A stretch of 64,000 bases of DNA from an uncultured Ruficoccus sp. (GCA_965140785.1 OZ223518.1:1-64000); one strand, 5' to 3'; positions 28,321 to 38,540 are shown, numbered from the stretch's first letter. Notes: generated by a model from the sequence alone, not told the origin. Program-made: numbers and translations.

Positions 28321-30642
28321 CTACAGCAGGTCGGCCAGCGAATTGCCGAAGCTCTGGTTCTGGCGCGGGGGACGGGGGCCGTTGGAGCGGTTGCCGCCGC
28401 CGTGACGCGGGCTGCCGCGGTTGTCGCGCGGAGCGCCGGGGCGATTATCGCGGCGGTTGCCACCGGAGCCGGCACGCTCGTGCGGTTTGCCGCCTTCGCG
28501 CTGGGTGCGCATGGTCAGGGAGATGCGCTTGCGGGCCGCATCGACCTCCAGCACGGTGACGAGCACGCGCTGGTGGACCTTGACCACCTCGGCGGGGTCT
28601 TCGACGAACTTGTCCGCCAACTGGCTGATGTGGACGAGGCCGTCCTGGTGCACGCCGATGTCCACAAAAGCTCCGAAGGCGGCGACGTTGGTCACAATGC
28701 CGGGCAGTTGCAGGCCCTCCTTGAGATCGGAGATTTCGTTGATGCCTTCGGCGAAGCTGAAGGACTCGAACTGCTCGCGCGGGTCGCGACCGGGCTTGGA
28801 AAGCTCCTGCTGAATGTCCTGCAGGGTGGGGAGGCCGACCTCGTCGCTGATGTACTTGTCTAAATCGATGCGGCGACGGTGCTGGTCGCTGGTCAACAGC
28901 TCGGAGACGGAGCAGCCGGCGTCGGTCGCCATGCGCTCGACCAGCTCGTAGCGCTCGGGGTGAACGGCGGAGGCGTCCAGCGGATGCTCGCCGTCGCGGA
29001 TGCGCAGGAAGCCCGCGCACTGCTCAAAACTTTTCGGTCCCATGCCGGACACTTTTAACAGGTCCTTGCGCGAGCGGAAGGGGCCGTTCTGTGTGCGGGC
29101 GGTGACGATGTTCTCGGCCAGGCGGGTGTTGAGCCCGGAGACGTATTTCAAGAGTTGCTTGCTGGCGGTGTTGACCTCGACGCCGACCGAGTTCACGCAG
29201 CTGACGACGACGTCGTCGAGGCTGTCCTTGAGCTTGATCTGGTCGACATCGTGCTGGTACTGACCCACGCCGATGCTCTTGGGGTCGAGCTTGACCAGCT
29301 CGGCCAGCGGGTCCATCAGGCGGCGGCCGATGCTGACCGCGCCGCGCACGGTCACGTCCTTATCGGGGAACTCCTCCCGTGCCACTTCGGAGGCTGAGTA
29401 GATGGAGGCGCCGCTTTCGTTGACCATAACCACGGAGATGGAGCCGGGCAGGCCGCACTTGCGGACAAAGGCTTCGGTCTCGCGGCTGGCGGTGCCGTTA
29501 CCGATGGCGACGGCCTCGATGTTAAACTGGTGGCACAGGCCGAGCACCATGTCGCGGGCTTCGTCGTCCTTGCGCGCGCCCTGGCCGGGGTAGATGACAG
29601 TGTCGTGGAGGAGCTCGCCCTGCGCGCCGAGCACCACGGTCTTGCAGCCGGTGCGGAAGCCGGGGTCGATGGCGAGGGTGCGCTTCTGGCCGAGCGGGGA
29701 GGCCAGCAGGAGCTCACGCAGGTTTTCCATAAACACCTTGATCGCCTGCTCGTCGGCTTTTTTCTTTGAGGCCAGGCGCATGTCGGTCTCCATGGCGGGA
29801 CCGAGCAGGCGCTTAAAGGAGTCCTCGGCGGCGAGGGAAACCTGTTCCCCGGCGGGGCCGTTGCCGGTGAGGAAGCGGCGCTTCATGAGGCTGGTGCCGC
29901 GCTCCTCCTCGACCGCGATGCGGAAGTAGAGAAAGCCCTCGGTGGAGCCGCGACGCACGGCCAGCAGCCGGTGCGAGGGGATGTTCGCCAGGGGCTCGGA
30001 GTAGTCGAAGTAGTCCTTGTACTTGGCGCCTTTCTCCTCCATCTCAAACATGACCTTGGCGGTGAGGACGGATTCTTTCTCAAAGACCGTGCGCATCTGG
30101 GCGCGCATCTCGGTATCGTCGCTGAAGCGCTCGGCCAGGATGTCGCGGGCGCCCTTGAGGGCATCGTCGGCGGTGGGCACGGCCTTATCCTCCTCCTCGG
30201 ACTCGACCACGAATTTCGCGGCCTCGTCGGCGATGGGAGCGTTCTGGTTTTCAAAGATAAAGTCGGCCAGCGGGGTGAGGCCCTTTTCCTGGGCGATCAT
30301 GGCGCGGGTGCGGCGCTTCGGGCGGTAGGGCTGGTAAATGTCCTCCAGGCGCGAGACGGTCTCGGCGGCGTCGATCTGGGCGCGCAGGGCGTCGGTCATG
30401 AGCTTGCGCTCGTCGAGGGATTTGACGATGGACTCGCGGCGCTGGTCGAGGGCCTTGAGCTCGCCCAGACGGTCACGGATGGCGGTGATCTGGACCTCGT
30501 CGAGCTGGCCGGTGGCTTCCTTGCGGTAGCGGGCGATAAAGGGGACGGTCGCGCCCTCGTCGAACAGCTTGGCGGTAGCCGTGATCTGCCCGGGGGCGAG
30601 CTTGAGTTCTTCGGAAAGTTTGGAGAGGTGAGCTTGTTCCAT
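28321..30642 (-). CDS. tex: Tex transcriptional accessory protein (S1 domain)
   Basis: GATVPFIARYRKEATG, LEDIYQPY, IDPGFRTGCK, IGVGQYQHDV, FGAFVDIGVHQDGLVHIS. Confidence 0.96.
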   Translation of the reverse strand: MEQAHLSKLSEELKLAPGQITATAKLFDEGATVPFIARYRKEATGQLDEVQITAIRDRLGELKALDQRRESIVKSLDERKLMTDALRAQIDAAETVSRLEDIYQPYRPKRRTRAMIAQEKGLTPLADFIFENQNAPIADEAAKFVVESEEEDKAVPTADDALKGARDILAERFSDDTEMRAQMRTVFEKESVLTAKVMFEMEEKGAKYKDYFDYSEPLANIPSHRLLAVRRGSTEGFLYFRIAVEEERGTSLMKRRFLTGNGPAGEQVSLAAEDSFKRLLGPAMETDMRLASKKKADEQAIKVFMENLRELLLASPLGQKRTLAIDPGFRTGCKTVVLGAQGELLHDTVIYPGQGARKDDEARDMVLGLCHQFNIEAVAIGNGTASRETEAFVRKCGLPGSISVVMVNESGASIYSASEVAREEFPDKDVTVRGAVSIGRRLMDPLAELVKLDPKSIGVGQYQHDVDQIKLKDSLDDVVVSCVNSVGVEVNTASKQLLKYVSGLNTRLAENIVTARTQNGPFRSRKDLLKVSGMGPKSFEQCAGFLRIRDGEHPLDASAVHPERYELVERMATDAGCSVSELLTSDQHRRRIDLDKYISDEVGLPTLQDIQQELSKPGRDPREQFESFSFAEGINEISDLKEGLQLPGIVTNVAAFGAFVDIGVHQDGLVHISQLADKFVEDPAEVVKVHQRVLVTVLEVDAARKRISLTMRTQREGGKPHERAGSGGNRRDNRPGAPRDNRGSPRHGGGNRSNGPRPPRQNQSFGNSLADLL

Positions 30643-30840
30643 TGGGTAAAAAGCCGAAAAGTGAGGCACAAAGGCCGGGCCTTGGCAAAGACAATTTCCG
30701 GGTGGGGGCGGGCGGCTGGGGCAGGCTCCAGGATTGGAGAGGCATAGCGCCCCTGAAGTCCCATATCAGCCATACTTTTGTCCGGAAAGTACATCTGAAA
30801 GCAGTTGCCTCCCTCGCCGAATGAGTGTGGGCTTGGCGAG

Positions 30841-31686
30841 ATGAAATCGCTGCGTTACCCATTTCTCGCTCTGCTCCTGAGCACGCTGGCCGTCTGCGCG
30901 CAGTCGGTGCTTTTTGTGGGCAACAGCTTTACCTTGGTCCCCATGGAGTACGGTGCTGGCACGGTTAACGACCTACACGGCAAGGATATCGGCGGCATCC
31001 CCGCCATTTTTAAAGAGCTGGCAAAGGAGGGAGGGCACGAGCCCGAGGTGAGTTCCGAACTGTCTGGGGGCAAGACCCTGGAGTGGCACTATAACAACCA
31101 GGCGGACAAGATCGACCAGCCGTGGGACATTGTTGTGTTGCAAGAGTACAGCTCGCGCCCGTTGACAACTACCGTCGGCGGAGCCAGTTCGAGCAACCGC
31201 GAGGCTTTTCTGGATTACGCGCAAAAGCTGATCGAACTCGTGCGCCAGGAAAACCCGGACGTGAAAGTCTACCTCTACGAGACCTGGGCCCGACCCAATC
31301 TGGTGGAAAAGGGCTATTTTGATAATCTGGCAGATATGCAGACCGAACTGCGCGAAGGCTACCAGATGGCTGCTGAACAGAATGACGTGACGGGTGTTGT
31401 GCCCGTGGGGGACGCCTTTATGAAGGCGGTCAGAAATGGCATCTCCGACGATCCCTCGACCGAGGAGAAGGAGGGCTCCATCTGTCTATGGGGCGGCGAC
31501 CACTACCACCAGAATGAATACGGGGCCTATCTCTCGGCGCTCGTCATGTACGCGAAAATTTACCAAGCCGATCCACGGGAGCTGCCCGTGGGCGAGGGGA
31601 GTGCGGCAGCCCGGCTCGGGATCGACCCAGAGGTGGCCCGTTCGCTTCAGGATCTCGCCGGTGATATTGTTTCATCTGCCGGTTGA
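30841..31686 (+). CDS. Secreted SGNH-hydrolase-like (DUF4886-like) protein
   Basis: Signal peptide; VLFVGNSF, WD.VVLQE.S, YETWAR, D..H..GAYL. Confidence 0.7.
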   Translation: MKSLRYPFLALLLSTLAVCAQSVLFVGNSFTLVPMEYGAGTVNDLHGKDIGGIPAIFKELAKEGGHEPEVSSELSGGKTLEWHYNNQADKIDQPWDIVVLQEYSSRPLTTTVGGASSSNREAFLDYAQKLIELVRQENPDVKVYLYETWARPNLVEKGYFDNLADMQTELREGYQMAAEQNDVTGVVPVGDAFMKAVRNGISDDPSTEEKEGSICLWGGDHYHQNEYGAYLSALVMYAKIYQADPRELPVGEGSAAARLGIDPEVARSLQDLAGDIVSSAG

Positions 31687-31807
31687 AATCGGCCTCACGG
31701 AGACCTGCGCCGTTAACCTGTATTTTTAGGCTCGAAGCCCGGTTGCCTGTCTGGACAATCGGGTTTTTCTTTTATCTATCCGAAAGACGCTTCGACCACA
31801 CTGACTC

Positions 31808-32161
31808 ATGCTGAAGTTTTACGCTTACAAAGGCTGCGGCACCTGCCGCAAGGCCAGGAAATTTCTGGATGAAAACGGCATCGCCTACGAGGAGATCGCC
31901 ATCCGCGAAACCCCGCCGCAGACGGGCGAGTGCAAAGAAATGCTGGCCGCCTACGATGGGGAGCTGCGCAAGCTCTTCAATACATCCGGCGGCGACTACA
32001 AGGCGCTCGGGATGAAGGACAAGCTCTCCGGCCTGGGCACCGAGGAGGCTTGCGAACTGCTCGGCTCCAACGGCAACCTGGTCAAGCGGCCCTTCCTCAT
32101 CGGCGACGGCGTGGCGCTGGTCGGCTTTAACGAAGCCGTCTGGGAAAAGACGCTCGGCTAA
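31808..32161 (+). CDS. ArsC/Spx family thioredoxin-like protein
   Basis: CGTCRKA, LFNTSG..Y, LVKRPFL, VGF. Confidence 0.9.
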   Translation: MLKFYAYKGCGTCRKARKFLDENGIAYEEIAIRETPPQTGECKEMLAAYDGELRKLFNTSGGDYKALGMKDKLSGLGTEEACELLGSNGNLVKRPFLIGDGVALVGFNEAVWEKTLG

Positions 32162-32242
32162 CGCGGCCAATGCTCTCGCTCGATCGCTTTAAATGATATC
32201 ATAGCAGCCCTCTCTTTGCAGGGTCGAACGGCTTTTGTTTTT

Positions 32243-32336
32243 AACCACAGAGACACAAAGGACACAGAGGATGAAAAGGACTCACCTTTTGTGTCTGTTC
32301 GCGGCCAAATGACTTATGTCAGGAACCAGGCTAACA
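32243..32336. repeat. Degenerate family C right end with CACAGAG-type units
   Basis: cacagaga cacaaagga cacagagg; 3' gcggccaaatgacttatgtcaggaaccaggctaac resembles gtggccattaacttttgcctagaactaggctaac. Confidence 0.55.
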
Positions 32337-32346
32337 CGAAAGTGCT

Positions 32347-32811
32347 CTAGGAGGTGGCTTCCAGTTCCTCGACCAGGCGCTTGAGCCGGTGGAGGTAGCG
32401 TTCGCCCTGCGGGTGGCCGGTGGCCATGATGAAGCGGATGAGCCAGCGCAGGTACCACGGGATCATCCGGTCCGGGAGCTCGATGGTTTGCGTGAGGTGA
32501 ATGCCCCGACGGGTGGACTTGAGGGTGAAACTCAGGCTGGTGCCCTCGAGGCGGTCATTGTCCGGGTGTGCCATGCGCCAGGTCAGGCGGGTGGGCGGTT
32601 CATAGTCGCTGAGAGTCTGTTCGCACCACAGCTCCCGTCTGCCCATGCGGTAGCAGGCGCGGATGCGGGCGCCTTCTCCGCTGGTGGGACCGTCCAGCGG
32701 CTCCCAGGCGATGAGCTTTGAGCTCCATTCCTCCATCAGGGCCGGGTCTTCCAGAAACAGCCAGACCGCCTCCGGTCGTGCCTGAATGGTGATGGATTCC
32801 CGTAGCTTCAC
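32347..32811 (-). CDS. SRPBCC/START-fold protein
   Basis: SITIQARPEAVW..L.DP, YEPP.RL.W, C-terminal L.RLK.LVE. Confidence 0.85.
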   Translation of the reverse strand: MKLRESITIQARPEAVWLFLEDPALMEEWSSKLIAWEPLDGPTSGEGARIRACYRMGRRELWCEQTLSDYEPPTRLTWRMAHPDNDRLEGTSLSFTLKSTRRGIHLTQTIELPDRMIPWYLRWLIRFIMATGHPQGERYLHRLKRLVEELEATS

Positions 32812-32913
32812 GCAGACTATTCATAACGAGTACGAAGTTCAGTGGCCATTCCAGAATTCATGGAGGGTGCTTATGCTTTGGATCAAAAGGGGTAATGATT
32901 CAAAAAAATCATC

Positions 32914-32929
32914 ATGTCATCGATGTCAT
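32914..32929. promoter_or_regulatory. Candidate LacI-type operator (16-bp CG-centred palindrome)
   Basis: ATGTCATCGATGTCAT, 7 of 8 pairs, in the AT-rich divergent region upstream of the symporter. Confidence 0.45.
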
Positions 32930-33129
32930 ATTATTTATGGCTTTGACCACAGCAGAATGATCGTCACAGTCGTCGGAGTCTCTTTTGGCTGAGGGGAGGC
33001 GCCTAATTCCGCGGTAAAGGGAATTGATGCAGAGATGAACCCGTCTCGCATTATCTTGCTTTGCCGTGGGCGCACATATGAATCGTTCCCTCGCCAGTCT
33101 TTTGGCAGGGGGGAGCTTTATCACGACCC

Positions 33130-35259
33130 ATGCATATAATAGACTGGATATTTGTTTTCACGCCGTTGCTGATCGTGTTCGGGATCGGGGCTTTAACGCA
33201 GAAGTACATGCGCAGTGTGGCGGACTTCATGTCCGGCGGGCGTGTGGCCGGACGCTACCTGCTGGCGGTGTCCAAGGGAGAAATGCAGGCCGGCGCGGTG
33301 GTATTCGCGGCGGTCTTTGAAGTGATCGCGCGGGCGGGTTTTACCTGGACCTGGTGGCAGTGGATTAACATCCCGGTGGGGCTGATTGTGGCCACAACCG
33401 GGTTTGTGGTTTACCGCTACCGCGAGACGCGGGCGATGACGCTGGCGCAGTTTTTTGAAATCCGCTACAGCAAGCGCTTCCGTGTGTTCACGGGCTTCCT
33501 GGGCTTTTTCGCCGGACTGGTGAACTTCGGGATCATCCCGGTGATCGGGGCGCGGTTTATCACGTCCTTTCTGGGGCTGCCTCCGGTTCTTTGTCAGTTT
33601 GATCCCAACATCGATATCAATCTGTATCTGTTCAGTATTCACATCGGTGAAATCATCATCGGCACGCACCTGCTGGTGATGGCCGTGCTGTTGTCGATCA
33701 CGCTGTTTCTGACGCTGGCCGGCGGGCAGATCACCGTCATGGTGACGGACTGCCTGGAGGGGATGCTCTCGCAGATTCTTTACCTGGTCATCATCGGCTG
33801 CCTGCTGTACATGTTCAGTTGGGCTGAGATTACGGACGTGCTCACGGCCCGCCCTCCGGGCCAGTCGATGCTCAACCCCTTCGACTCGATGGGGCTGGAG
33901 GACTTTAATCTGTGGTATGTGCTGATGGCGGCCTGTTTCAGTGTGTACGGGACGATGGCTTGGCAGAACCAGAGCGCCTACAACTCGGCGGGCCTGACCC
34001 CGCACGAGAACCGGATGGGCAACATCCTCGGGCGCTGGCGCGAATACGGCAAGCAGGCGCTGCTGTACCTGCTGGCCATGTGCGCGCTGACCTACCTGCT
34101 GCATCCGGACTTCGCCGAGCAGGCCAAGAGCGTGATGGGTGCGCTGTCACAGATCCCCGGGGAGCGCTCTCAGGAGCAGATGCGGATCCCCATGGCGGTC
34201 TCCTACATGCTGCCCGTCGGGGTCAAGGGCGCCTTCTGCGCGATTCTGATCATGGGCATCTTCGGGGGTGACTCGACCCACCTGCACTCCTGGGGGAGCC
34301 TTTTCATCCAGGACGTGCTGGTGCCGCTGCGCAAGCGACCCTTCGGGCCCAAACAGCACATCAAGGTGCTGCGTCGCTCGATCACCGGCGTGGCTATCTT
34401 TGTCTTTATTTTCGGGGCGCTGTTTCCCCAGACGGAGTTTATCATCATGTGGTGGGTGATCACCATGGCCATCTATGTCGGGGGGGCCGGGGCGGTCATC
34501 ATCGGCGGGCTGTATTGGAAAAAAGGTACCACCGCCGCCGCCTGGACGGCGCTCATCACCGGCTCGGGCCTGAGCGTGGGCGGGATCATCACCCGGATGA
34601 TTTTTGTGAAGGTGTTGGAGAGAGATTTTCCGCTCAACGGCATGGAGATCAGCTTCTACTCGTGTATCATCGCCATGACGCTCTACGTGTTGGTTTCCTT
34701 GCTGACGTGCAAGGAAGACTTTAACATGGACCGCATGCTCCACCGCGGCAAATACGCCAAGGTGACCGCAGCCCTGGGCGACCCGCGTCCGCCCGAGCCC
34801 AATCGGCCCCGCAGCCTGTTCGCGCGCGCGGTGGGCATCGACAAGAACTTCAGCAAAACCGACAAGGTGATCGCCTACGGGCTGCTCGGCTGGGGGCTGT
34901 TCTGGTTCTCGGTCTTCATCGTGGGCACGGCGTGGAATCTCCTGCCGCGAATCCAGTTCTTCGCTGACCTGGGGCTGGAGCCCTGGTCGGAAGAGACCTG
35001 GAAAACGTTCTGGCACGTGGCGGGGATCGGCATCCCGGTCTTCATGTCGCTGCTGACAGCGGTGTGGTTCACCTGGGGCGGCACGCGGGACATCTTCCGG
35101 CTCTTCAAGCACCTCAAGTCCGAGGTCGTAAACGAGCTCGACGACGGCACCGTCGTCGGCCACCAGAACCTCGACGACGCCGTTATCACCCACGACCCCG
35201 ACGGCGCTCAGCAGGACGACAAAATCCACCCCGACCAGCTGCCGGAGAATAGGAAATAA
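33130..35259 (+). CDS. Sodium:solute symporter family protein
   Basis: DFMSGGR.AGR, R.TRAMTL..FFE.RYS, GGLYWKKGT; many TM helices. Confidence 0.9.
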   Translation: MHIIDWIFVFTPLLIVFGIGALTQKYMRSVADFMSGGRVAGRYLLAVSKGEMQAGAVVFAAVFEVIARAGFTWTWWQWINIPVGLIVATTGFVVYRYRETRAMTLAQFFEIRYSKRFRVFTGFLGFFAGLVNFGIIPVIGARFITSFLGLPPVLCQFDPNIDINLYLFSIHIGEIIIGTHLLVMAVLLSITLFLTLAGGQITVMVTDCLEGMLSQILYLVIIGCLLYMFSWAEITDVLTARPPGQSMLNPFDSMGLEDFNLWYVLMAACFSVYGTMAWQNQSAYNSAGLTPHENRMGNILGRWREYGKQALLYLLAMCALTYLLHPDFAEQAKSVMGALSQIPGERSQEQMRIPMAVSYMLPVGVKGAFCAILIMGIFGGDSTHLHSWGSLFIQDVLVPLRKRPFGPKQHIKVLRRSITGVAIFVFIFGALFPQTEFIIMWWVITMAIYVGGAGAVIIGGLYWKKGTTAAAWTALITGSGLSVGGIITRMIFVKVLERDFPLNGMEISFYSCIIAMTLYVLVSLLTCKEDFNMDRMLHRGKYAKVTAALGDPRPPEPNRPRSLFARAVGIDKNFSKTDKVIAYGLLGWGLFWFSVFIVGTAWNLLPRIQFFADLGLEPWSEETWKTFWHVAGIGIPVFMSLLTAVWFTWGGTRDIFRLFKHLKSEVVNELDDGTVVGHQNLDDAVITHDPDGAQQDDKIHPDQLPENRK

Positions 35260-35310
35260 GCCGCCTGCGGCCCACCAGAACCGGCGCTTTTGCGCGGCCC
35301 GGATTTTACC

Positions 35311-35339
35311 AAGCCATGCTCTTCGGAGCATGGCTTTTT
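35311..35339 (+). terminator. Intrinsic terminator
   Basis: AAGCCATGCTC-TTCG-GAGCATGGCTT followed by a T-run. Confidence 0.85.
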
Positions 35340-35412
35340 GCTGGAGCGTGGAGGAGGGGAGGTGAAGGTGGTTTGAGGTTGTGGCCCCGTTCGTTTCCTT
35401 TTACGTAAGGAC

Positions 35413-35847
35413 ATGAAGCTTGCCTCTTGCTGTGCGTCACTTGCCGTTTTTCTGGGTACTTGTTTGCTGTTCGCGGAAAGTGAGAATTCCGCCATCTCTT
35501 TCTCGTCGCCAACGGCTATCTTGCAGGGCAGTGAACCCGGGCCGGCCGAGCGGGCATGGAATCGTTTGCCGGCTCAGAAGCGGCAGGCTATTGAACAAGC
35601 ACTGTTATTGCGACTTGGCCTGTCCAGTACTGGCAGGATCGTGACCCTCGGGTGCTATACCTTGCCGCAGGCCTGTGAACTTGGGGAAAAGGGTGATCCT
35701 GTCTTTCATTTTATGCAGGAAGACCTTCAGGGGCGTCGCTTCGTATGGGCCTGCTTACTCAATAGCCAAGCAATGAAAATACAAGTCCTCTATCGGGTGA
35801 ACGATGCGGACGCATTTGGGCAGATCCTGAATATTGCGTCGAAATAG
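35413..35847 (+). CDS. Hypothetical secreted protein, less GC-biased codon usage
   Basis: AAGGA before ATG; signal-peptide-like N-terminus. Confidence 0.55.
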   Translation: MKLASCCASLAVFLGTCLLFAESENSAISFSSPTAILQGSEPGPAERAWNRLPAQKRQAIEQALLLRLGLSSTGRIVTLGCYTLPQACELGEKGDPVFHFMQEDLQGRRFVWACLLNSQAMKIQVLYRVNDADAFGQILNIASK

Positions 35848-35886
35848 TGACAGCATTGCATCACACCCGGTCCTTCAGTGGGGAAG

Positions 35887-35963
35887 TGGTGGGAGTAACT
35901 GGGCTCGAACCAGTGACCTCATCCATGTCAAGGATGCGCTCTAGCCAACTGAGCTATACCCCC
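35887..35963 (-). tRNA. tRNA-Val (GAC)
   Basis: GGGGGTATAGCTCAGTTGGCTAGAGCGCATCCTT-GAC-ATGGATGAGGTCACTGGTTCGAGCCCAGTTACTCCCACCA; full cloverleaf with encoded CCA. Confidence 0.97.
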
Positions 35964-36161
35964 ACTGAAGAGAAGGTATTGAACGAATAGATTTTATTTG
36001 GGCTGGCAAGGGAATTTTTCGCTAAATTTTCCGTGGCGAAGCGGGTGCGATGCAGCTCGAAAGAGCCGCTCGGGTGGCTGCGGAAGGCAAAATCGCGATT
36101 GGAAGAGCTCGGGGCGCAGAAACGGCTTTTCTCCGGGCGGGATTTTGCGCAACCTCAGGGC

Positions 36162-37820
36162 ATGCTCGAAGAACTGCATATCCGCGACCTGGCCTTGATG
36201 GACGAGGCGGTGTTGGAGTTCGAGCCCGGCTACACCGCAGTGACCGGGGAGACCGGCGCGGGAAAGAGCGTTCTGCTCGGTGCGCTCTCGCTGCTGGCGG
36301 GCAATCGGGCCGAGAAGACCGTGATCCGCCAGGGGCAGGAGGCCTGCGAGGTGGCCGCGACGCTGCATTTCGCCCAACCGGAGCGGATCGACGCCGTGCT
36401 GGAGGAGCTGGACCTGCCGCTTTGCGAGGAGGGGGCGCTCGTGCTGCGCCGGGTGATCCACCGGCAGCGGGCGGCCAAGGTACAGGTCAACGGGGCGCTG
36501 GCCACGCTGGCCGCGCTTCAGGAACTGGGCGGGCACTGGATCGATTTTCACGGCCCCGGCGAGCCGCAGAAGCTCTTTAAGGCGCGGCACCAGCTCGCCA
36601 TGCTCGATGCCTTCGCCGGGCTGGCCGACGAGCTTGAAGCCTACGGCGTCGGCTACGCGGAGTGGCAGGGCCTGCTCAAGCAGGCTGAGGATCTGCGCAC
36701 GGCGGACCGGCTGGACGCGGACGAGCAGGAATTTCTCTCCCGCCAGATCGCCAAGATCGATCAGGTGGAGGCGTCGGAGGAATCCATCGCCGAGCTTGAG
36801 CGGGACTTTCAGCGCCTGGACCGGGCGCAGGAGTTGACCGAACTGGCCGGGCAACTGGAGGCCGGTTTGACGGGCGACGAGGGCGTGGCCGCTCAGCTCG
36901 GCCCGATGCAGCGGGCGGCGTACGAGCTGGCCCAGCTCGACGAGGAGGCCGCGGCCCTGGCCAATCGCCTGGAGGCCGCCATCATTGAGCTTCAGGACCT
37001 GGGCGGGGAATTTGCCCTGCTGGCCGGTCAGGCGGACTTCGAACCGGAAGCGGCGGAGGCCCTGCAGGCACGGATGGCGACCTGGCTCGAGATCAAGCGC
37101 AAGTACGGCCCCACGGCGGAAGAAGTTCTTGTCCGGCGCGAGGAAATGGCCGCGCGGCTGGCGTCCCAGTCCGATATCGAGGGCACATTGACCCGGCTGG
37201 CCGCTGAGGCTGCGGCTAAAGAAAAGACTTTGCGCAAGCTCGCCGCCGCGCTGACTAAAAAACGCGAAGTAGCGGCCAAGACCCTGAGCACCGAGGTGCG
37301 TACGCTGCTCAAGCGGCTGGGGTTCAAGAAAGCGGGCTTCGAGATCGACGTGCGCACCAGCAAGGAGCTTGGGCCCTTCGGCGATTCCGGGTGCGAGTAT
37401 CTGTTCTCCGCCAATGCGGGGCAGGAACTGCTGCCGCTCAACCGCATCGCCTCCAGTGGCGAGACCGCCCGCGTCATGCTGGCGCTCAAGGCCGTGCTGG
37501 CCCGGGCGGACCACACGCCGTTGCTGGTTTTCGACGAGGTCGATGCCAATGTCGGGGGTGAGATCGGGGCCGAGGTCGGGCGCGAATTGGCGGCGCTGGC
37601 CGGGGAACATCAGGTGCTGTGCGTGACGCACCTGCCGCAGGTGGCGGCGCGGGCACGCCAGCACTATGTCGTGACCAAGTCGCAGCAGGAGGATGCCACC
37701 ACTGTATCCATTCAGCCACTACACGCCGATACCCCCGCCCGCGAGGAAGAGTTGGCCCGCATGCTGGGCGACCGCAAGTCGGCCTCCGCCCGCGAGCATG
37801 CGCGTTCGCTTCTGCAATAA
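36162..37820 (+). CDS. recN: DNA repair protein RecN
   Basis: TGETGAGKS Walker A, ASSGETARVMLALK, FDEVDANVGG, CVTHLPQVAA, EELARMLG. Confidence 0.96.
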   Translation: MLEELHIRDLALMDEAVLEFEPGYTAVTGETGAGKSVLLGALSLLAGNRAEKTVIRQGQEACEVAATLHFAQPERIDAVLEELDLPLCEEGALVLRRVIHRQRAAKVQVNGALATLAALQELGGHWIDFHGPGEPQKLFKARHQLAMLDAFAGLADELEAYGVGYAEWQGLLKQAEDLRTADRLDADEQEFLSRQIAKIDQVEASEESIAELERDFQRLDRAQELTELAGQLEAGLTGDEGVAAQLGPMQRAAYELAQLDEEAAALANRLEAAIIELQDLGGEFALLAGQADFEPEAAEALQARMATWLEIKRKYGPTAEEVLVRREEMAARLASQSDIEGTLTRLAAEAAAKEKTLRKLAAALTKKREVAAKTLSTEVRTLLKRLGFKKAGFEIDVRTSKELGPFGDSGCEYLFSANAGQELLPLNRIASSGETARVMLALKAVLARADHTPLLVFDEVDANVGGEIGAEVGRELAALAGEHQVLCVTHLPQVAARARQHYVVTKSQQEDATTVSIQPLHADTPAREEELARMLGDRKSASAREHARSLLQ

Positions 37821-37949
37821 CGCCGAGCGGCTCGAAGCGCCTCGAACAAAAGAAAAGCGCGACCAATGGCCGCGCTGATGTTTTCCGGCCAGGCCGGATG
37901 AAAACGGGGAGGGTTCGAGAAGACTATATCACCGTTTATCGCAGCCGGC

Positions 37950-38177
37950 TCAGTCCGGCGTTTCCACATCCATGATGGGATTCTCGCCAGCTTCGGGAGC
38001 GTCCGCAGCCGGGTCGTCATATCCCAGATCCTCGTCCATGGTGTCCTGTTCCTGCTGGTTTTCGTAGCTCATGACGCGCTGGTCGGCAGCCGCTTCCTGA
38101 GGAGTGGTGGGCGCGCCAGTGCAACCGGCGAAGGCGGCGAGGGCGAGAAGGAGAAAGGCGTGGGCAAGGATTTTCAT
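37950..38177 (-). CDS. Small acidic lipoprotein
   Basis: MKILAHAFLLLALAAFAG-C lipobox. Confidence 0.75.
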   Translation of the reverse strand: MKILAHAFLLLALAAFAGCTGAPTTPQEAAADQRVMSYENQQEQDTMDEDLGYDDPAADAPEAGENPIMDVETPD

Positions 38178-38278
38178 GTCTGGATCAGATTGGTAATTAT
38201 CCCATCAAGTTTCCGCAGGCTGACCAAAGGTTCCTGTCGGGGTCTGGGAGAGCAGGGAGGCGGTGGATGGCGCGGGGC

Positions 38279-38479
38279 TTAGTCCACTTGGTTTTCGACG
38301 CCGAGCGGATTTTCGTCCGAGGGGGCGTTGATGCTGCCGGCGCCTTCGTTCAGCGATTCCTGATAGGCTTCGGTGGAGCGGTCCATCTCGCTGGCGCGAG
38401 CTTCGGATTGGGGGGTGTTCTGGCAGCCGGCGAAAAAGAGCAGACCCAGGGAGAAGAAGACGGTGAGAGTGGTTTTCAT
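38279..38479 (-). CDS. Small acidic lipoprotein
   Basis: AGAGGAC RBS; MKTTLTVFFSLGLLFFAG-C lipobox. Confidence 0.75.
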   Translation of the reverse strand: MKTTLTVFFSLGLLFFAGCQNTPQSEARASEMDRSTEAYQESLNEGAGSINAPSDENPLGVENQVD

Positions 38480-38540
38480 GTCCTCTAGCTTAACCCGTTG
38501 TATGCCTCTGGCAATACAAATGAGAAGGGGATACAAGCTG

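Noticed and set aside
35413..35963. Genomic island integrated at tRNA-Val
   Set aside because: No integrase and no direct repeat of the tRNA 3' end seen; only one atypical gene is adjacent.
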